Assembly: GCA_965541585.1 (NCBI GenBank)
Contig: CBEUCH010000009.1
Coordinates: 32,001-96,000 of the forward strand
Direction: 5' to 3'
From: an uncultured bacterium
GTDB taxonomy: Bacteria > Zixibacteria > MSB-5A5 > UBA10806
DNA: 64,000 bases
The translations under genes were made by a program, and so were the position numbers. Of this stretch, positions 61,701 to 64,000 are shown piece by piece; the first letter of the stretch is position 1, and each line of letters begins with the position of its first letter. The notes under the pieces were generated by a model. That model was not told the origin of the DNA. It did not search any database and saw only the letters and a list, made by a program, of their open reading frames with translations.

Positions 61701-62345
61701 GAATCGATTCGCAACTCTCTCCAAAGGATGGAACCTGTCAATCTCATGGCCGCCGAGGATTACGAACGAGAAAACGATCGGCTGGAATTCCTCCTCCGTC
61801 AACGCGAGGATCTGCTTGAAGCAAAAACATCTTTGAAGCAGGCCATTACGCGCATCAATACGACGGCGGAGAAACGTTTCAACGGAACCTTCGAGAAAAT
61901 CAACGAGAATTTTCGGGATGTATTCGTTTCGCTCTTCGAGGGGGGAGAGGCCGGAGTAGAGTTGGAGGATCCTCTGGACCCGCTCGAAAGCCCGATAAAA
62001 ATATGGGCACGTCCACGCGGCAAAAAAATGCTTTCGGTAACCCAGCTTTCCGGAGGAGAGAGAGCTCTAACCGCTATATCATTGTTATTTGCAATCTATC
62101 TGGTAAAGCCCAGCCCGTTCTGCATTCTCGATGAAGTCGATGCGCCCCTCGATGATGCCAACCTGATGCGTTTTCTGAAGCTGATCAAGGAGTACGCCGA
62201 GGGCACTCAATTTATCATAATCACCCATAATAAGTTGACCATGGAGGCCTCTGATATCCTCTACGGAGTTACCATGCAATCCCCCGGAGTTTCAAAAGTA
62301 GTGGCTGTCAAATTCAGGGGCAACGGAGATGGTGACGAAGGATAA
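58797..62345 (+). CDS. smc: Chromosome segregation protein SMC
   Basis: GFKSF, GPNGCGKSN, coiled coils, hinge GRATF, LSGGE and LDEVDAPLD. Confidence 0.98.
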   Translation: MLLSRLEISGFKSFPNRTIIDFDGGITGVVGPNGCGKSNILDSIRWVLGEQRTSILRSSRMEEVIFSGTSQLKPIGMAEVTLFIKNNRGLLPIEYDDLNITRRLYRSGESEYLLNKNQCRLKDIVELFLDTGIGPHAYSVIQQGMVDAILSDRTEDRRSLFEEAAGVTRYKHRKKEAENKLVATEADLLRLGDIIAEIEKQVILLRRQAKRAQRYSGQKELLKDIECTLAAARLFSSQERYKELLDRKKSLQIDLEVYNAEIKKYEFNLQEIKLKVTDHETQASEYRQTESDATIKSARIESEITLNKQRAETSSNEIQKCKAEINALENRIQALENGISENRRRLNDIDTQKKSSEEDNETIEAKLEGLSKESTEAESALEKQRTDHSGITERISGIKAEAESLIEVKDGLEQKIVQLQKDVSGYDKFRDENRRDIVDLEEKNRGIIRKVDSTKASRDSKSKEIADIEESLTRLKDRLSAQKSESSALQARDELLGQLIESGEGYSGGAKALLSWSEKPAGMFLPLAEALEVPPDYRVPLTAALGQMGEVIPVGSYLDAESAIEYLNSSAGGRATFLVLEGLNESKSGDDRPDGADGFLGYLDDLVDYPEEYRPAVKLLLNRVALFESRGSASNAGGPWQYLTRVTLDGTVYLPSGFVSGGKTIPTVLGRKQDSDSIKAKLKIISTEIDSTEAELNHNLGVLEKLKAEFQNIQRDIDSLEDDRGKVETEFGQFKFDFREKENRYKAAIDEVEKLNKEIIYYSEKLDKLDTELGEYESRSAESVETLARMTDHAGNLRNSVKEIEVRLTTARIKNVELDGKTAKLNSEIKHGLELSSEATKMIATNRDNIAGAEQAISESRTKNEKLKQSLESCFDDRNRLKEKINVVDGSISELMSDLKQLESKLAGKRPEREQQTSALHQFDMEIMEFDSTRKSAMERLKLEFGVTSIESAPLPDGITVESQMEKSESIRNSLQRMEPVNLMAAEDYERENDRLEFLLRQREDLLEAKTSLKQAITRINTTAEKRFNGTFEKINENFRDVFVSLFEGGEAGVELEDPLDPLESPIKIWARPRGKKMLSVTQLSGGERALTAISLLFAIYLVKPSPFCILDEVDAPLDDANLMRFLKLIKEYAEGTQFIIITHNKLTMEASDILYGVTMQSPGVSKVVAVKFRGNGDGDEG

Positions 62346-63255
62346 GAGGGTGCTTAAGAGATTCGCTGCCGGCCTGAAAAAAACCAGAAATGCCATCGCC
62401 AATAATTTTCCGGGTTTTGTAGGTCTGCCGGGAGAGAATGAAACTCTCGATAGAGAGACTCTGGGGGAATTAGAAGAGGCCTTGATCCTGGCCGATATCG
62501 GCGCCATAGCGGCGGCCGAGATTATTGATGACCTGGTAAAGAACTATACCGGCAAGGCGCCTCAAAATGTGCTGGCGAGAATAATCGCTGATCGGTTCAA
62601 CACAAATGCTGACGAAGAATTATCTTTGACCGCGAAGCCGCAGGTCATTCTGGTTGTCGGGGTCAACGGTTCCGGAAAGACCACCACTATTGCGAAGATT
62701 GCGGACACGGCTATAAAATCCGGCGGCAGGGTAATCATGGCGGCGGCCGATACGTTCAGAGCGGCGGCAGGTGAACAACTCGAACACTGGGCCGAAACGG
62801 TGGGCGCGGAGATTGTCCGGCAGGCCGAACGGTCAGATCCTGCCGCTGTGGCCTTCGATGCCGTCAAAGCGGGGATCGCTCGCAACTACGATCTTGTCCT
62901 GGTCGATACCGCCGGAAGACTCCAGACCAAGACCAATCTCATGGAAGAACTCAAAAAAATAAAAAGGGTGATCAATAAGGCCATGGAGGGAGCGCCGCAC
63001 CAGATCCTGATGGTTATGGATGCCACCACAGGCCAGAATGGCCTTTCGCAGATAAGCATTTTTGATGAAGCGATTGGATTGACTGGAATCGCAATTGCCA
63101 AGCTCGACGGCACGGCAAAGGGAGGAGTGCTGGTTGCCGCTGTCGAGAAATTCAAAGTACCCATAAAGTATGTCGGGGTCGGAGAGAAACCGGAGGATTT
63201 GATCGAATTCGATCCGGTGGCTTTCGCCGAGGCCCTGGTAGGTATCGATGAATAG
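62329..63255 (+). CDS. ftsY: Signal recognition particle receptor FtsY
   Basis: GVNGSGKTT, DTFRAAA, DTAGRL and KLDGTAKGG motifs. Confidence 0.98.
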   Translation: MVTKDKRVLKRFAAGLKKTRNAIANNFPGFVGLPGENETLDRETLGELEEALILADIGAIAAAEIIDDLVKNYTGKAPQNVLARIIADRFNTNADEELSLTAKPQVILVVGVNGSGKTTTIAKIADTAIKSGGRVIMAAADTFRAAAGEQLEHWAETVGAEIVRQAERSDPAAVAFDAVKAGIARNYDLVLVDTAGRLQTKTNLMEELKKIKRVINKAMEGAPHQILMVMDATTGQNGLSQISIFDEAIGLTGIAIAKLDGTAKGGVLVAAVEKFKVPIKYVGVGEKPEDLIEFDPVAFAEALVGIDE

Positions 63256-63655
63256 GTTACACCACATGGATATCCGCACGGATAGACGAAATCAATTTCT
63301 CGATATAAGCGACATGGTTCGGGATCTGGTAAGTCAATCAGGCGTGGCGGAAGGCTCGGCAGTGATTTTTGTTCCTCATACGACTGCCGCCGTGACCGTA
63401 AACGAAAACGCCGATCCTGCAGTCCAATCCGATATATTGGACCACCTCGAGAAATTAATCCCCGGAAGCGAACAATTCCGCCATTCCGAGGGAAACTCCG
63501 ATTCGCATATCAAGGCCAGTCTTATTGGCTCAAGGGTGTCCATTTTCATCTCAGGGGGGAAAATTGTTCTGGGAACCTGGCAGGGGATATATTTCTGCGA
63601 ATTCGATGGCCCCCGCTCAAGAAAACTGATTGTTAAGATAATTCCCGATAAATAG
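63248..63655 (+). CDS. yjbQ: YjbQ (UPF0047) family protein
   Basis: HTTAAVTVNENADP, NSDSHIK and GTWQGIYFCEFDGPR motifs. Confidence 0.95.
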   Translation: MNRLHHMDIRTDRRNQFLDISDMVRDLVSQSGVAEGSAVIFVPHTTAAVTVNENADPAVQSDILDHLEKLIPGSEQFRHSEGNSDSHIKASLIGSRVSIFISGGKIVLGTWQGIYFCEFDGPRSRKLIVKIIPDK

Positions 63656-64000
63656 AAATTAGCGGAAATGGAATGGATAACACACGATCTTTCACCCCCA
63701 TATCCAAAGGGACGATGATTTCCCTTTTTAGGATTTTCGAGAAGATTGAGATAGATATGAGGGTATGTGGACAGGTAGGTCTTTGTAGTTTAGAGATAAA
63801 GCTACCAGCGTATATAAGTCAAGTTGGTTGATTTTTTTGTTGCATTATGGACTAAACAGGGCTATGTTTTATACGATGAATTGACACAGTTTATTGTGCC
63901 ATTGTTACCGGAAAGATTATCGTTAAATGAATCAGAGAGAGTTTGAAGGCAACACCCGTTCATTCGTTCCCATATCCAACGGGACCATAATCTTCCACTA

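Noticed and set aside
63656..64000. Terminal non-coding region as an RNA gene or the end of a minus-strand gene
   Set aside because: No recognisable motif, and the region is truncated by the window edge.

Overview
This is a 64-kb chromosomal segment of a diderm bacterium. The secreted proteins with FlgD/T9SS-like, dockerin-like and IPTL-CTERM tails suggest an FCB-group lineage such as Zixibacteria (inference only). The first 35 kb is dominated by branched-chain amino-acid and acyl-CoA metabolism: a 4-subunit VOR, two biotin carboxylase/BCCP pairs, methylmalonyl-CoA mutase and epimerase, thiolase-hbd-two acyl-CoA dehydrogenases, and ilvE. The rest is housekeeping: uvrB, rpiB-glyA, nrdR-tatC, hsp20-dnaK-dnaJ and dtd-maf-rodZ-smc-ftsY-yjbQ. 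The most notable signals are: (1) an unannotated HMA-like ORF with an in-frame C-F-I-TGA followed by a hairpin matching the E. coli fdhF SECIS loop in sequence and position, so probably a selenoprotein, next to a TehB-like methyltransferase; (2) a second tiny membrane ORF ending PRLGVPT-TGA-Cys, a possible selenopeptide; (3) an archaeal-type HMG-CoA synthase/thiolase/DUF35 trio in one apparent operon with 3-methylcrotonyl-CoA carboxylase and methylglutaconyl-CoA hydratase, with no HMG-CoA lyase; (4) an NrdR with two ATP-cones; (5) a possible Zn-ribbon bL38-like ribosomal protein; (6) a SEC-C membrane protein with four HGHWH repeats; (7) a family of GTAG REP-like palindromes. No rRNA, tRNA, CRISPR array or transposase was recognised.
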